A stretch of 64,000 bases of DNA from Hydrolagus affinis (lineage: Eukaryota), in the NCBI GenBank assembly GCA_012026655.1, contig JAAILG010000878.1:1-64000 (forward strand). The letters are read 5' to 3'. Positions 12,071 through 27,000 of this stretch are shown here, piece after piece; the first letter of the stretch is position 1, and each line of letters begins with the position of its first letter. Made by a program: the position numbers and the translations under genes. The notes under the pieces were generated by a model that was not told where the DNA came from, made no database searches, and saw nothing but the letters and a program-made list of their open reading frames with translations.

Positions 12071-13033
12071 TATATGTAGATCTTACGCAATATCCGAGGC
12101 GAGTGTTGTCAGAATTGACAATGACAGTGGCTGGATCATTTCTATCCAAATACTGTAGTGCCATCCCTTTGATAATGCAGCGTAGGCTAAGATGTCCAAT
12201 GACTATATAAACAGACACTTATAATTATATGCAGTCAGCTAGTCTTTTTTCAACAACAATATTAACAAGATTATTTGATGGTCAATATCAATTGTTTTTT
12301 CCAGGATATCTTGGATGAGCAGTGTGTTGGTGGTCCACTGAGCATGGAATGCCAGCATGCAGGTCTGTGCCAGAAATCTCTCACAGTGGGAGCTTTCTCA
12401 TTCCTACTCATGGCATCATGAGCAGCAGTCAAGTCAAATCTAACAGTTCTCCATGGTGAAGGACACAAAAAGGAGCTCTGGGACTGAAACAGTGCATTCA
12501 ACTCAAAGTCAAAAGAACAAACTACAAGAGAAGAGACAACAGAAAGGAATTACAGATTGTATTAAAACATAAAGACTTCTCAGTCAAAAATAATCAGATA
12601 ATTTAAAGTAAAATGCCTTTCATTCTGTAATATTTATGTAATTTATTTATTTTGAAACATAAAATACCACAAGGGAACATTCTGTAGTAAAACTTCCTGA
12701 TGGCATTATCCCTGAGTATCCCACTCATAGGAGACTCCCTGGAGCTTTTTTTTTAAAAAGAAAACAAAGGGGAAAGATTGGTTTCCATGAACGACAGTTG
12801 TGAAGAGGGAAACTAGTGTTTAAGATTCTGTTCCAGCAGGCCTGTCCTCCAGTTGGCAAACAGAGAGCTGTGAATGCTGCGGGCTTCTGTCTATAGCAGG
12901 TTTTCCTTGCCCTGAGATGAATGGTCTGTGAGGGAAGAACTTAAATGATTAAAAGAGAGTAACATAAGAGTGAAAAAAAATCTAGGAAATGATGCAATGC
13001 AGAGAAACTTTCAAATTTCTATCAGTATCAATT

Positions 13034-13385
13034 GGAGCATATTTGTAGCATATTGGTTAGAGCACTCATCTCATAAGCAAGAGACCTGGATTTGATTCCC
13101 GGGTTAGGAAAATTTCCTTACTCTATGTGACTCTGTTTATCTAGCAGGGAGTAGGAACTTGGTCAATTTGCAGATCGCTTTTTCCGGGCGTAATAATCCC
13201 TTAAAAATATGATAATAATTTGGTCACCTAATCTATGACTGTTTGTAGGATACTGCTGTGTGTAATTGGTTGCTGTGCTTCGCCCACAAAATCTTTAGGA
13301 AACTCATTTTACAATATATTCAGTGAAGCGCTTTGAGACATCTGGAAGACATGATAAGGCGATATATCAAAAGCAAGGATTATTT
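13034..13385 (+). mobile_element. tRNA-derived SINE, variant with a longer central region
   Basis: Head 'tattggttagagcactc..gagacctggatttgattccc', extra central block 'actctgtttatctagcagggagtagg', shared tail 'agcgctttgagacatct..atcaaaagcaaggattat'. Confidence 0.75.
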
Positions 13386-14464
13386 GCTGTAGGATATTGC
13401 AGAGTGGAAAGATTAATTGCTTCAAAAGAAAATGAAGCTGTGTGTACCTTGGGATCAGCTGCAAAAATAAGCCAAGCGAGGGGTAATGGGAAATAACAGC
13501 TCTGAGAAGGCAGATTCACCATTCATATTGGTCTATTACAACACAATATTTACTTTAAGTGCTTTCTGTTACACTTTGAAGCAATGCGACTGAGAAAAAT
13601 AAATTGTCCCCACCCAACCCACCGTAATCTTTTTTTAAATCTCCTTCTGTACAGTCTAATATTCAACCCAACACAATCACTTTCACCTGAGAAAAATAAG
13701 TTGGGTCAAAAATACTCTGGCTTGGTGCTGGTATTTGTCTTGCAATTGGCAGTGATCCACTTGCACCATTGAGCCTGCCAAAAATAAATGTGTCCCATAT
13801 GACTGTGATCACAGACAGTGAAGAGGTGAAATCCTCACACTTCAGCCTGTTAAAAGGTGCACAGTTACACACAAGAAATAGTCCCAAGTGAAAGTGGAGA
13901 AGAATAAAGAAAGCAAGACTGAAGTTTATACACAAAGAGAATACCTAATTAAAGGCATCCAATCCTGGCCAGACTGGGATGTTTTAAAAGGAAGAAATGA
14001 AACCAAAGATTATTGGCGAGTAGCAATCTTTATGGAAAAAAGTGCATCTGAATGAAATTGAAATGTATGAGGATTTAAAACCCCCCACAAATCTTAAAGA
14101 AAATAAGCCCTGGCATGTTTATCATTTCAGACATTAATTGAGGTTTAGATTGCTTCTTGTTTTAAGGAGTAACACAATCTGTATTAAACATTGAAAATCC
14201 AATCCTATTGTTGCACATATGTTAGCGACAATAATGTCAGCAATGGAATTATGTATTTGTATTTGTCTAATAAACTTCCCTAATCATATTCTAAATGGCA
14301 CCAGTCAGAATGCAGAAATATGAAATGTATTCTGGTCTGGTAACTTCATTTGCTTTCAGTTTTGGCTTTAGCCCCATTCCCTTAGCTCGTCCTTAATTAC
14401 AGTATATTTCCTCTTCCTCTGAAGATTTTTTTCAGTTTTTGTGCCTTCTGGATTAATGTTGTTG

Positions 14465-14660
14465 AGCACTCTGGTTGCCTTGCCCAAGTGACCATAACTT
14501 ATGTATGAGAGTCTGCAGGATATTCAATCACAGGGAACATTACATTACAGTCCAACCCTGTTCTCTCCACCAATGAAGATAACTCAGTCAATAAGCCAAT
14601 TGTAGCACTACAGTTGTTGCCTTGTCTGAAATCAGCTAACTCAGCAGACTGGGATTTACA
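14465..14660 (-). mobile_element. Ancient SINE-like repeat, family unassigned (related to 35515-35745 and 52805-52975)
   Basis: 'gccaattgtagcact..tgccttgtctgaaatcagctaactcagcagactgggatt' is the reverse complement of the motif at ~52870-52935. Confidence 0.5.
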
Positions 14661-15937
14661 ATTTTAAGCACTTAGCACTTTGAGATGTTTTGATGGAATA
14701 TCCTGCTATAAAAATGCAACATTTTTCTTTCTAATGTATTGGGCATCAGAGGGTTGACATTGGTTATTTTTAATAGTGCTCAAAAGGACAGAGTACCACA
14801 TATCTTAAACAGAAGAAGGAGGATTAAACTAAAAGAACAGAGTGTAGTCCCAAAGCTCATCATTTATAAAAACAGAGGTTTAGTATTTATGAGTACCGGT
14901 AGTCTTTCTGCAAGGCAGCGAGCAGAGAAATGCTGTATAATTAATGCCTTGCCAAGATATATCACTGGTTTATGCATACTATAAAACAATTATTTTGGAG
15001 TTGTATAATTGTTATATTCAGTGGATTCTATTTCTAAACGCAGCAAAGAATTTTGTCTTGAAGCTGTATATTTAAATAAGGTAGGCAGTACAATTCCTTT
15101 GTAAGGATAGTTGGAACACTCTGAACTCTCTTTTTGTAATCTCAAGTGTGTTAATTTCATCACTCGAAGAGCTCAGCAGTTGTGCCTTCAGGCCGAATAA
15201 AATTTGCTCTGTGTTTGCTTGATGTGTCATATGGATGTTGCTAATTCTAGATACAAAGCATGAATATCTTTCAGATACGGGTATTTTTATCATCTGTTCC
15301 ACCTGATCCCTTAACTTTCTTGGACCACTGTTCATAACAGTGTCATTAAATCACTATGAAATGTGTTTATATTGGTACCATTTGGATGAGTAAAGGCTTT
15401 TCAGAGCAAAGGTTTTAGGCTAAACATTACAGCCAGTACACGGTCAGATGAGAGGAAATAAGAGTTCCTACATCTGACCTCAATAAAAAACATTTTTTTA
15501 CATTACAGAACATTTTGACCTAGTCTGTTCTTAATCCAAAATAATTCTATGAGAAGAGGTGGTTATATAATGAATGGAAGGATTTAGGCCATCTGATATG
15601 TAAATATTTTGGGACAAATGTTCTGTAATTGGTCTCCAGTGAGGATGCTCAGGGGCTATTTAAGATCTCACTTATCTCCGAATATTTCCACATCAAAAGA
15701 GTTACAATAACTTGAATATGCAAAACATACCTCTTCATTTCCCTCTGATTTGGGCATAGGCTGCTTCCTTGCCACTGAGGAGAGGGATAATGCTGCCACT
15801 TTGGTTAGCAGCACTGAATGTTGCTTTCGCCACATGTATGCCTGCATACATCAGTGAGTATAGACACTTTTCTGATACTGTATTTTGTTGTATTTTGTCA
15901 AGTGAGTAGGTTGTGTCACTCCTTAAATCATTTGGAA

Positions 15938-16020
15938 TCCCTTTTCAAATAGTGCAATGGGATCGTTAACATCCACCAAAACAGACAGACAGGTTCTCAG
16001 TTTAACATTTCATTCAAAGC
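15938..16020 (-). mobile_element. DeuSINE Deu-domain fragment
   Basis: 'cttttcaaatagtgcaatgggatcgttaacatccacc..gacaggttctcagtttaacatttcattcaaag'. Confidence 0.6.
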
Positions 16021-19000
16021 TTGGAAACAAGGAAATGACAATTCTACAGTGGATTATTCTCAGAACCATCTGTTATTTTTCTATGGGAATATTGGGTGAT
16101 CGGAACTATTTATTCTTGTTATTTCACATTTCAGTGACTAAGATCAGATAACTCGGCAGAAATTGAATTGAACACATTTTGCAGCGACTTGAAATTGGTT
16201 GAAAATGTATCTTTAAAAGAGACTCAGTGGTTCAATTTGGTATGAATATTATCCAGCCCAAATTGGTCCAGATATCAGCAACCTAACTGCTGTGAGCCTG
16301 ACTTGAACTGACATTAGTCAGTATTAAGCAAGTCCATAACAGACTTGACACTATAATGCACAACTGTCAACCAAAGATAGCAAGCTGGATTATTGCTCAA
16401 AGAGTTCAGTCAATGTTGCTCTGAAGCAACAACTCTGAAGTGTGTGTGACTTGCCTCGGGTGAGTCTCTCTATGGGGAAGTGCTTGGATTCCACTTGCTG
16501 TGCCTCCCATGGTATCACAACTAAAATTAGCAACCAAGAATTTAGATGGTTATAGGCATGAACCCATAATGAAAAATGACAAATCCTATTGAATCAGAAT
16601 TTAAGAGAACTTGTGTCCAGTTTTTTTGTATTAAGTACAACCCTCGCCACACAAAAAGAAAACAATATTTTTGTGATTTGCTGCGTACTCTTATGTCATA
16701 AAACCTTGAACAGCGAACAATATAATTTTTTTCTTTGTGTTCATAAAATTAATACCAACTTCAGGAAATGTGTTCTTAATTGTAAAATGAAATAAAAATA
16801 TGTGGACTCTGGTGCACTTTGCTGTTGGTGCCGTTGCAGCTGTCAGCTTTGAGCACAGTATAGCTCTTACAATCAGAAACAGTTGCCATTCAGGCCGGCT
16901 CCAGTAACTGAACATTAAGAATCCATCGACATTACCTGTAGTAGGTATATTGCTTCCACGGTGAGGGCAGTTATAAAGATTCAGCCTTTGAGTGAAGTGA
17001 AATCTGCAGTGAATTTGTTGAATAGATTGTACTTTTACTTTTAGTCTTTCATTTTAGACAATATTTTATCTCCTTTCTATGACAGTGAATGGGGACATAT
17101 ACTGCTCTGCACTTATCTGAAAACCTTTTAGAGATACAAATGGATAACCAAAGTAAATGAGTACACGGAGAGATCTATATTAGATTAAAGGGGAATGGCC
17201 TGGAACTTCTACTTCCAAATATTCCGCATTGCAGTTTCTTGGAGGGTCTCAGCATCTATTGTATAGATTCAAAATTCAGGTTTTGGGGAAGGTAATCATT
17301 ATTGCGCTACTTGATGACAAGGCACGTCCCTTTCATGGGATCAGTAGAAATCTTAAAATATGAAATGTGTCAAATTTGTAGGTTGAAATACGATGTGATG
17401 TACATTGGAACTTGCTTTTAACAAACACTCTGTCACGTAGATACAGCTATTCAGTGTCCAGCACTCCAGTATGAGTATACAGTACCACTTCAAAAAGCTT
17501 TATTACCTTTATCTAGGTTCCGAATCATTGAGAAGCAAACTAGATCATACAAATAGAATATGCAAATACTGTACAGCAAAGGCCGTTCTACTCAAGGGCA
17601 CCGTCACCAGCTCAAATCGTATTGGTGTAGCTTACAATAGTGTAACTGCACTGAAGAATATTGTATAATTTATAAGCAGCAATCACAATGCACAGTAACA
17701 CATGGATTTCTTTTTAACGGTTTCCCTTCCTGAAACAGGCGTTTGCAGACTTTCAGATTTACATGTTGGTTGAGAATGATTTCTGGCAGAAACTCTTAAG
17801 ACATGGTACTTAGGAAGTTGTATTTCTCTCTGTGTGGTTATCAGTGGTGTGTTGTTGAGGAAGCTGTATACACAGGAAGCTTTATTATCCCTGTGCAGTT
17901 AGCACAAGTAGCTATGTGGTTTCTCAGTGAAGTACAAGCAACGAGTTTTGTATGACTGTAATTCTTCTTCTGTTAACAATGTATTATAATACTACTACTT
18001 AATGCCAAATTTGATATACAGGTAATTCGATTTTAACTAACAAACTATTCCTGTATATGCATTCCAAAACATTTTTGTAGTGTGCCTCAGCTTACTGGCA
18101 TCTTCTCACTCCTTGGCAAGCTGAGGTCCAGAGGTGAGATTCAGTTACTGCAGTATAAAGAACATTTTTTTTCTCTGTGTTTTTCAGATGCTTTGAGCTG
18201 ATTGGGGAAAATAGCTATTATGATTCAGTTTTTCAATCTTACTTTGTGAAGCTGAGATTCCAACAAACTATAATGTTGTTGACATTGTTGTTGAAGTGAC
18301 CAAAATGTGTTTTATCAGGGATACAATGCCCTCATACTACAATTATAATTATGCCTTCTTTAAGACACGTTACATATGTGAATTTAAACTCGGACGCTGG
18401 TATTTTTGCTCTGCAAACGCTGGGCTTTGTGCACAATTGCTTGTATCTCTAAACTGCTTGCACAGCCTTGCCTGATAGTAGAAACCATTTCCATTTCAAA
18501 TATCTGTTTGTAGGGGTTGGGTGGTGAAAATACAAGTTCTATAGATAAACAATGACTATTTCTGGTTATACCTGCAAACCAGTGAATAAATGAAAGTAGA
18601 TTTAATGCCCTTTATCTCCCCTCTAGAGTCCTTGCTGATGTGTTTGCTGCATTTTAGACATTGAGGCACTATACAAATGCAATTATGTTGTTGTTGTTGA
18701 AGGAAACTAGAAGAAAAGAAACAAGCGGAAGCAGAGACTCAATTTGCAGTCTTATTTGGGTTGGTTAAAATCTGGTATGTTCGCAAGGTTAAAGCTGCAG
18801 TTGACATGTGCCATTCAGCTCAGCTTTTCATAGTATAGTTTCAGAAAGCTTTTGTCTTAAGCTACTGGTGGCTTTACTGACTTTCAGTAAAGTTCAAGCT
18901 TGTTTAGAACTGATGTGACTTTTGTCTGAAGATCTCAAAGCAGACCCTCAGCTGTAAAGTATCTTATTACATTACACTCATCCTGCCCGGCTCTGTAGCT

Positions 19001-19771
19001 GTCCAGCTGGGCCTCTATGTCAAGCTAATGATGACCTGATATATAGGGCATCATATAACTGGACAAAATCTGTAACCATACGTTCCTCTTTTGCATGAAA
19101 GAACGAATCACATCATATAATTGGGCCTTTGGACAACTGGGAACCAACTGCTCTATTTTATCAAAACATTGCTAACTGATATTACCATATTTACTCCAAG
19201 ATAAGGCACACATTTTTCATTGTAAAAAAAGTACCTCCGAAATTTGGGTGTGTCTTTGAGTAATTGTTGCTCATTCTGCAGATCTGGCACATATTGTTCA
19301 ATTTAATAAAAGGCTTGCCCTGCTCCTCCTTTACTCGTCAGCAAAGGGGATTCACATTTGGATCCCTGTTGCACACTTTATTTCCTACAACAGCTCAATT
19401 TTCCAAATTCTGCACGCATACAGTTATTTAAGTTAATGCTCCGCATACACGCATTCACCTATATCAGGCAATGAAATAAAACCACAGTGATTCCAATCAC
19501 ATGGCTCAGTAGTGTTTGGATCACTTCACACAATTGATTGTGGGAGTTGAGCTTCTGTCAAAATCTGGGATGATCCCTGCTGCCAGCAAACAAATTACTG
19601 AAAGTGAATCAAACATTCCCCCAAGAGATCCTTGTACATAAATGAAGACATGCAAGTGGAGCGTTTGTCGAGGGCAGAACGCTCTTTGGGTGGTGGAGAT
19701 GATGCAGATAATAATACTGATAATGTAGAATCTTGCTCTTTCAAGTTATGCCATGTTACATTAGTGCAGTA

Positions 19772-19852
19772 TTTATAGGAACATAGCAACAGGCACAGCC
19801 ATTTAGACCCTCGATCCTGTTCCACCATTCTAATTGTTAATGGCTGATCTAA
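19772..19852 (-). mobile_element. CR1 3' end fragment
   Basis: 'taggaacatagcaacaggcacagccatttagaccctcgatcctgttccaccattc..atggctgatct'. Confidence 0.6.
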
Positions 19853-20046
19853 TAGAATAGCCTATAATGTTCCCTGTATTGCATACATTATAAGCTGACT
19901 ATGTTATTTTCCAAATGTCTTATTAACTGTACATTTTCACTCAAATATTGTACAGTTTGTTGTACCTCAGTAAGGATGTCTTAGTATTCGTATATCCACT
20001 GTGCTAGACATCCTTGAAGTATTTGGGGCAGGGTATTAAACTGCAG

Positions 20047-20152
20047 TATAATAATCCTTGCATTTGATATAGCACTTTCCACGTCTTCTAGATGTCTCAA
20101 AGTGCTTCACAGGTAATGTAGAGTGAATTGACTGAATTTTTTTTTGTGGGCA
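20047..20152 (-). mobile_element. SINE 3' fragment, (ATT)n family
   Basis: 'taataatccttgcatttgatatagcactttccacgtcttctagatgtctcaaagtgcttcacag'. Confidence 0.75.
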
Positions 20153-21404
20153 AAAAAAATGTATATCCACCGACAGAGAAAATCAATTTGTCTTGCTCAA
20201 AAATAGTATTTTAAAAACTCTCAAATGATAGAATATCTAAGAATCTGCAATTTTAATGCTTCATGTGACTGAGTTGTGTCGCTTGGAGATGGAGAGTGAA
20301 AGAGAAATATTGTGTTCTGATCTAGATTGTTGCGCTGCCGAAAGAAATGTCACATTAAATAACGTATAAAGACTCATAGATTTGAACTCTTGGATCACCT
20401 TTTAGGAATAATATGACTGCAATGCTGTTCTTCCTGTGATCTGAATGACGAATTTTCATTCTGGTCAAGGCTTTGTATCATTTATTATAACCGTGTCTAT
20501 AATCTGTCCTGCTCCACCCCCTGCTGGTTGAAAGTAGAACTCAATCTTTCCATGGCTATGTTTTTTGACGTAGATGCTTACTAATCACCACATAAAATGT
20601 AATTTGAAGGCTGAATCCTTGCAGAGAATAAAAAGTATCTTAAAGTAACAATTTTTATTTCTATTTACTTTTGAGATTTATCTTTCCGATTGTACGTTCT
20701 ATCACTTCCCTCCACACCAGCCCACCTCTCCCCACTGTGAAACTAGGGCTCCCAGTCGCTGTATGAAACGATTCATAAATGTAAATTCTAACTGCAATTT
20801 TGTGTTTCACACTAACTGGGAAAGTTAGCATCACTCAAGAATCCTTGACTTTTTATTGCCTCCCCAGAGGATCTCTGCAAGTTGATCAATTTCTACAAAT
20901 CTGCAGGTTGCTGGTGCCAAGTGATTGGAGGAGCAGATGGGAAAATGGTTCCAAAGTGCATCTATCCAAGATCTGCCCTAAGTATGTATGTATCAACGTC
21001 TTGGGACATCCTTTTGATGTGAAAGGCTTTCCTGAGGTTGCATGGTTCTGAATTTGGTTCTGTGCAAAGGACACCAGTTAAACTAATGAACTGCGATGAA
21101 CTGTACAGTATCATATAGTCCAAGAGGACTCATCAAATTTACAACCCATCAAGCTTAAGATAGTGCTAGTCCATGTACTGGAACCAAGTATTTCCAGTTC
21201 CCTGGACCTTTTTATATTCTTTCAGAGTGCCATTAGAGCAACACAGCAACTGAGAAAAAAATCTAAGTAGAAAAAAAATCTAGGCTTCCTCACTACATGT
21301 AAAAGGATACTTTTTCTACCAGAGCTGGGGGAATACATAGATCAGAAAATATTCTTTCTGAAAGTATAATTTTTTTTTACAACATTTTATGTGCATTAAG
21401 ATGT

Positions 21405-21725
21405 GCATCCTCGCCCGACTTCACTGGCTTCCCATCACACAAGGGATACAGATCAAGATCCTTTAAAGCACTTCATGGCCTTGCTCCCACAATCTGGAAT
21501 CCCATCCTGCAGCCCCTCTGCCTCACCCCCTCCCTAGCCTCCTTCACAACCAGTCTCAAGACCTTCCTCTTCAACCATGCCTTGGGTCTCACTCTTTCCC
21601 CCCCATCCGCCCTCCACCCTCTCCAATCCCGATCCCCCAGCTCAGATTTGAAACATTTATTGTCCAGAGCCTAGGAAAATACTCCCGATGTGAAAGTCAC
21701 TGTACAAATGTAATTATGTTGTTAT
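21405..21725 (+). mobile_element. L2 LINE 3' fragment
   Basis: 'catcctcgcccgacttcactggcttccc..' (LHWLP), 'ctcaagaccttcctcttcaaccatgcc', tail 'aaatgtaattatgttgtt'. Confidence 0.78.
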
Positions 21726-22114
21726 ATTTTGAAATTGACCTAACATTTCAAGACTCTCCTAAATATTTGTGATACTGTAATCTGCTTCTTCTGAATTGAA
21801 GGCAAGCCTTCCCTTACAAGGAATTTAGTTTTTACTTGTGTGAAATTTGACTGGGATAGTCCTGGATTCATTACAAAATCCCTTGTAAAGCAATTATCCA
21901 AATGGGAATGGTATATCCTCTAAGGCAATGTTCTTTAGGACATTTAATTTTGAGGTAATAAAACATTATTCATTCCAGAAGACATGAGCAAATGAGCAAA
22001 AAAAGTCTCATTGTTTCCGCCTCATTGACATGGAACGGTGATAAATGGATATGGTTTGGTTACAAATTGTAACCTATTCTTGCAGCAGTAGTTTAATGTT
22101 CATTTATTCCATAA

Positions 22115-22401
22115 GTGTATTGTAGCTCAGTGGTTTATCACACTTGCCTTGCAAGCGAAAGGCCTGGGTTTGATTCCCGGCAGCGTGAAACCTTGGGCAA
22201 GTTGCCTTACTCCACACGCCCCATAATAATCCCTCAAGAAAAAAAACAATAGTAAAATTGATCACTTCTATCCACGACTGTTTGTGGGACACTGCCAAGT
22301 TTTGCCCACAAATATACAGTCAATTTACAACATATTCGGTAAAGCGCTTTGAGATGTCTAGAAGATGTGAAAGCGCTATATCAAATGCAAGGATTATTAT
22401 A
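22115..22401 (+). mobile_element. Full-length tRNA-derived SINE, (ATT)n family
   Basis: 'tgtagctcagtggttt..cttgccttgcaagcg..ctgggtttgattcccggc..ccttgggcaagttgccttactcc..aaatgcaaggattattat'. Confidence 0.88.
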
Positions 22402-23904
22402 ATTGAAGTTTGACTTGTAATATTTTTCTACTGCATTCCTTATTCCCATGACCTGTGTGAATTTTGCTTTGGAAGTAGTGTGTCAGACGAGATTTCCTAT
22501 ACACTGATATGAATTTATCTTTTATATTAACTGAAGACGACCCCTCTGAGAAACTTGGATTTTTTAGTGAGCAATTCTATTTAGAAAAACTACTAAATAG
22601 ATCCTATATCTGTAGCCTTTATGCCAGCAAAACATTTTGAAGGTGGATTACATTGGATCAAAGTCAACATTGAAAAACTAAGATTAATGATTGGTAGGGC
22701 ACACTGTAGATATGACCCTGTCAATCTCTGTTGTGAACAAATCCATGCTGTTGGAAGGGTTAATGCAAACTGGAAGCATTGATATTTGCATAAAGTTACA
22801 CAAGTCTTCTGCGAAATATGTCAAATTTCCTAATGTGAAGTAATCTTTGATGTGTTTTGTGTGAATTTTTAAGCTCTCTGAGACATCGTCCGGCGAGGGA
22901 GAGCTATATAAATCGAAGTTGTTGTTATTATTGTTGTTGTTGAATGCTTAATAAAATGCTGGAGTATGTGATTACAGTAAAGCACTGTACATGTACAGTT
23001 AATCTATCCAGTAGAGGGTGCTGCCTTCAAAGTAAATTAATTTTTTCTTTTTCAGCAAAAAAAAGGGACCTGGTGTTTTGTGCCTAGAGCGTGGGAATGA
23101 GTATCTGAGAACAGTTTATGTCGAATTAGATGTCAACTATTTACCACTAAAATGCTACCTTTGCATTTACCTTCACTTTCAAAATCACCAAAGCTGAGAA
23201 TTCCCAAGGAAAACATACGATTCAAATACATTTAGGAATTTTACAGCTCCAGCGATAACTTAATTTGATCCACAGGAAAACTAAAATCATTCAGAAACTT
23301 CCCATATAATCTGATTGCAAATTGACCCTCACTCAAATGCGATTCGGGAGATGTTGATGAATGTGACATTGGATTAATTGGACAGAATCAGTGTTTTTAT
23401 CTGGTGAAAGATCAAATGTAGCATTTTTATCCCATGTTTCAATTATGTACGTCTGTCAAGCTAAATTGGCTGTGATTGACATTTGTTTTGTCAATCATCT
23501 ATTGTACAATGCGGAACACTGATTTGTATTGTTGGGTTGATAAACTGGCAAAACCCATTTAACTTGAATGGGGCATAATCTGACCCAAGTGATTTCCCTC
23601 AGTCTGTTTATAGCCAATTCAAAAAGTTGTTCAATGCCCAAACTACTGGGAAACTTCAGCTATGAAACCTTTATTTATCTGATTAATTGCCGCTCACACT
23701 CCTCTTTGTGGTGGTCCTGAAAGACGAAAATCAACATGGCTAAATGTAAGTTTTTAAAAATTTATTGGATGCTTCGGTAAACATCTAATCTGGGCCTAGT
23801 ATTTTTTGCTGTAAAGTGTTCAAAAGAGTGGATTGGATGTAAATGGACCTATTTCGTTTAATTTCATCCTCCAGAATGTTTGCCTTACTATAGTATCATC
23901 CAAT

Positions 23905-24045
23905 TGTAGCATCAAATATTTCTTCAGTAGTCCACCACCCTGGACTGAAACAGTTTTCCTAGCAATTCATTCCAGTGATTAATTGCCCTGTGGGCAAATA
24001 AATAATTCCTGCTGTCTGTCCTGAAATTGTCTTTTGCAATTCTGC
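23905..24045 (-). mobile_element. Old CR1-like ORF2 C-terminal fragment
   Basis: 'ctagcaattcattccagtgattaattgccctgtgggcaaataaataattcctgctgtctgtcctgaaatt' is the reverse of a '..R.YLF..RAI.HWNEL' CR1-type segment. Confidence 0.45.
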
Positions 24046-27000
24046 AAAACTAGAATGCTCTTATTTGCTGTCTTCTCTTTCATCTAGATCGGTAATGCTG
24101 AAAGCAACGACAATTTGATTCCAGCATGGAGATATTATTTTTTTTAAAAACATTGGCTTACCTCAGGGTTTGGCAGAATAGATGCAGGAAGGTCTGTTCC
24201 TGACATTTCCCTTTAGGTAGGAAATACTTTCAAATGCCATCAGTGGAGGCAAAAAGTTGGAATCCTGATCTCATCCTCTCACTGCAACTTTCTCCCACTC
24301 TTGAGAAGGTCAGGTTTTACTCAGGACAGCTTTTTATTGGCAACCAAGGTTAGATAGTTATTTAATTATTTAGTTAACTCCAATTTAAAGCTGCTGTGTC
24401 TTCACTTTATGATCTTGATCCTGTCACTCATTCAATTACATTATCACTTTAAATGCTACACTGAAGTCTGTATCAATGGAAAATTCATATTTTTAAACAA
24501 CTTGGAAAGGGCTAATTTTTTTTACCAGTCTTTAAGTCTGCCATAAAATCTATTTATTCGACTGATGGTCATCTCTGCCTTTTCTCTCTCTCCTGCTCTG
24601 CCTCCAACCCAAACTGTCAAGTGCTCCCAGATATTATCCTACATATCAAATGTTCTGATGTGAAATAATATTTAAACTCTGTATAACTGCAAATGGTTAT
24701 TGGTACTGTGGGCCACAATGTACTTGTATAATTCAATTCTGTTTTTGACCAATGCTATTTTCTGTCATCTTGCTAATAAATGCTTCAATTTGGGAACTTA
24801 GAAAAACTGGAAAGATTTGTTAAAATCATTATAAAATTATTTTTGTATCCAGTTGCCTGAAATTATGATTTTTAAACCATATTAAAATCTACATCCGACA
24901 TACATCGCCTACTGTATTATCTGTCACTAATTCACTCTGTAATTTGTCTTGCTTAGCATATTAAGTGTATTAATGCTATATTCTATGTACAAATGTCTAC
25001 AATTTCTTATTCAGCCCAGGGCTGTAAACAATTAGATTTGGATGATTTAAAGCTTTTGGACATTTCTGGATCATTTCTAGCAACAAAGGCTTTGAAGCAG
25101 AAAAATAAGTCAGAAAAATCTACCAAAATTCTGAACGATTGAAGTGCCTTCATAGCCCCCAGTACGCAGAGACCAGGGGTTATTTTCTTTTGAATTAAGG
25201 AAATTGACTTGAACTAGTGCATGAAACAGTGGAAAAGGCGGCTTTAATTAATGGAAAACCATAAAATGGGAGGAGATTTTCAGAGTTACCATGTTCCGAA
25301 CTGTGGAATATAGTGGGATTGTTTTCCAGTGAAGTCGCATGTGCAATAGTTCTACTGTATCGGGAGTTGACAGATTAGCACTTCTGACTGACAGTTTAAT
25401 GAAATGGAGAAAGTTTCAAATTCAGCTTCAGTAAACTGATAAGCTTGAAATTGCTTCATTCTGATCGCTGATATGGAAGTGATTTGTTCTCTGTTACTTC
25501 AGGTTTGAAAGCTGGAACTGAAACTGACTGGTCACAAGCTATGGAAGAATAGTAAACTGTTTAGCTTGAAACTATTGAGATGAATTCTCCAAATTGCTGA
25601 ATTTTCCTGTTGATCCTTTCCTTTAAAGAAAGAAAAAGTCGTTAGATGCATTCATTCCAGCACAACTTATGCCACTAATTACGTTGAATGAGCAGTTAAA
25701 TTAATGGGATGGAGTCAAAACTCTAATGTTACATGCTTCAAAGATTCCCTGTCTCTTTAAAGCTATAGCCGAAACAGGTAATAAATTAGATGGTCACTTG
25801 GTCACTCACTCCATGGCTGTTTGTAGGACATTGTTGTGTGCACAAATGGCACAGTATTATTGTGTAAAAACATGTTTGCATCAAAAATGCTGGAAAATAC
25901 TTAAGTGTTGTTCCCTGTTCTTTATCGGCATTGTATCAAATTACTGTAGCCTTCACTGCTTGAATAGAAGAATCATGTGTTATTACTTGGGACAAAGCAG
26001 GATATTTAAACCAAAAGTATGTGCAGGGTTCAATTCCAGTTCAATCGGATCGTTCTGGGTTGTTATGATCTCTGGATCTCTGGATGCAGACAGTATAATC
26101 TAAATTTAGTGAGGAAGTTTAATATTGCATCTAACTCCACAAAGTGAATAACCCTGTGTCCATCTGGTCTTCTTTCATCCTCTTCAGTGGGGAGAAGAAC
26201 ATAGTAAGCATTTTGATTTGTGTTCATTAAATACACTGTCAGTAACTTTAGAGTGAAATCCCATGGAATACTTTTCTGAGATGTTTCGAAAACATGATGC
26301 AATGGTAAATCCAATGCAAAGATAATTTTATTATTAATATTATAAAAACGCTGGTACTTTTTTATTAACCTGTTGTTGAAAGTCAACACATTGGTTTCAG
26401 TAGGCATATAGAAATCTGGGTTGCATCAGAATAATTCAAACTCAGACCATGTTCCCAAGTATTGTTCCAGACTCTTTAAGAATCATCAAATATTTATAAC
26501 ATTCCTTTGAAAACTACAGAATTAGGTTGGTCTGGTGTCAGTATGTGTGAAAGGAATCTTTCCCTGCTAATCTGAAACAAGTCTACGTGTTTCAGTGGAA
26601 ACCCATCTGCCAATAACTCCTGGCTCGGGTTGCTGGATGACGAACAAAAAATAAAATGTGCTTGACCAGCTTTCCATGCTGGTTCCATTATAAAGCAGCT
26701 CTCCTAATTGGATCCTGTTATCTTTTTATCAACGTGTGGTTCAGTTGCTTCAGTGGTAGATGATTTAACTCTCAACAAGAAGTCTCACCAGCTATTTAAT
26801 TATGTTTTGCTGGGGCAGCTTTAATGTTTCTTGGATAAGATGACAAGAGAACACGGTAAACAATTCCATCCTAGAGCAAAGCCACTTCCTCTGTTACCGA
26901 ACTCTGAGAAAGATTTCTGGCTAATGAGAAAAAGGTCTTCAAAATATTTGGTTTGAAAGTTTATTATTTTGCAAATTGGTTTATAATAAAATAAACAGGA

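Noticed and set aside
12305-12362. Possible + strand exon (ttttttccAG..CAG|GTCTGT), and a similar acceptor at ~20867
   Set aside because: Translations are unrecognisable and no consistent exon chain could be built; a lncRNA cannot be excluded.
15072-15335. 87-aa minus-strand ORF with protein-like composition
   Set aside because: No recognisable family, in-frame stop just upstream, no supporting exons.
22120-22185. tRNA-like sequence (also ~7620-7687, ~10405-10448)
   Set aside because: SINE heads: no proper acceptor stem, and they continue into SINE body.
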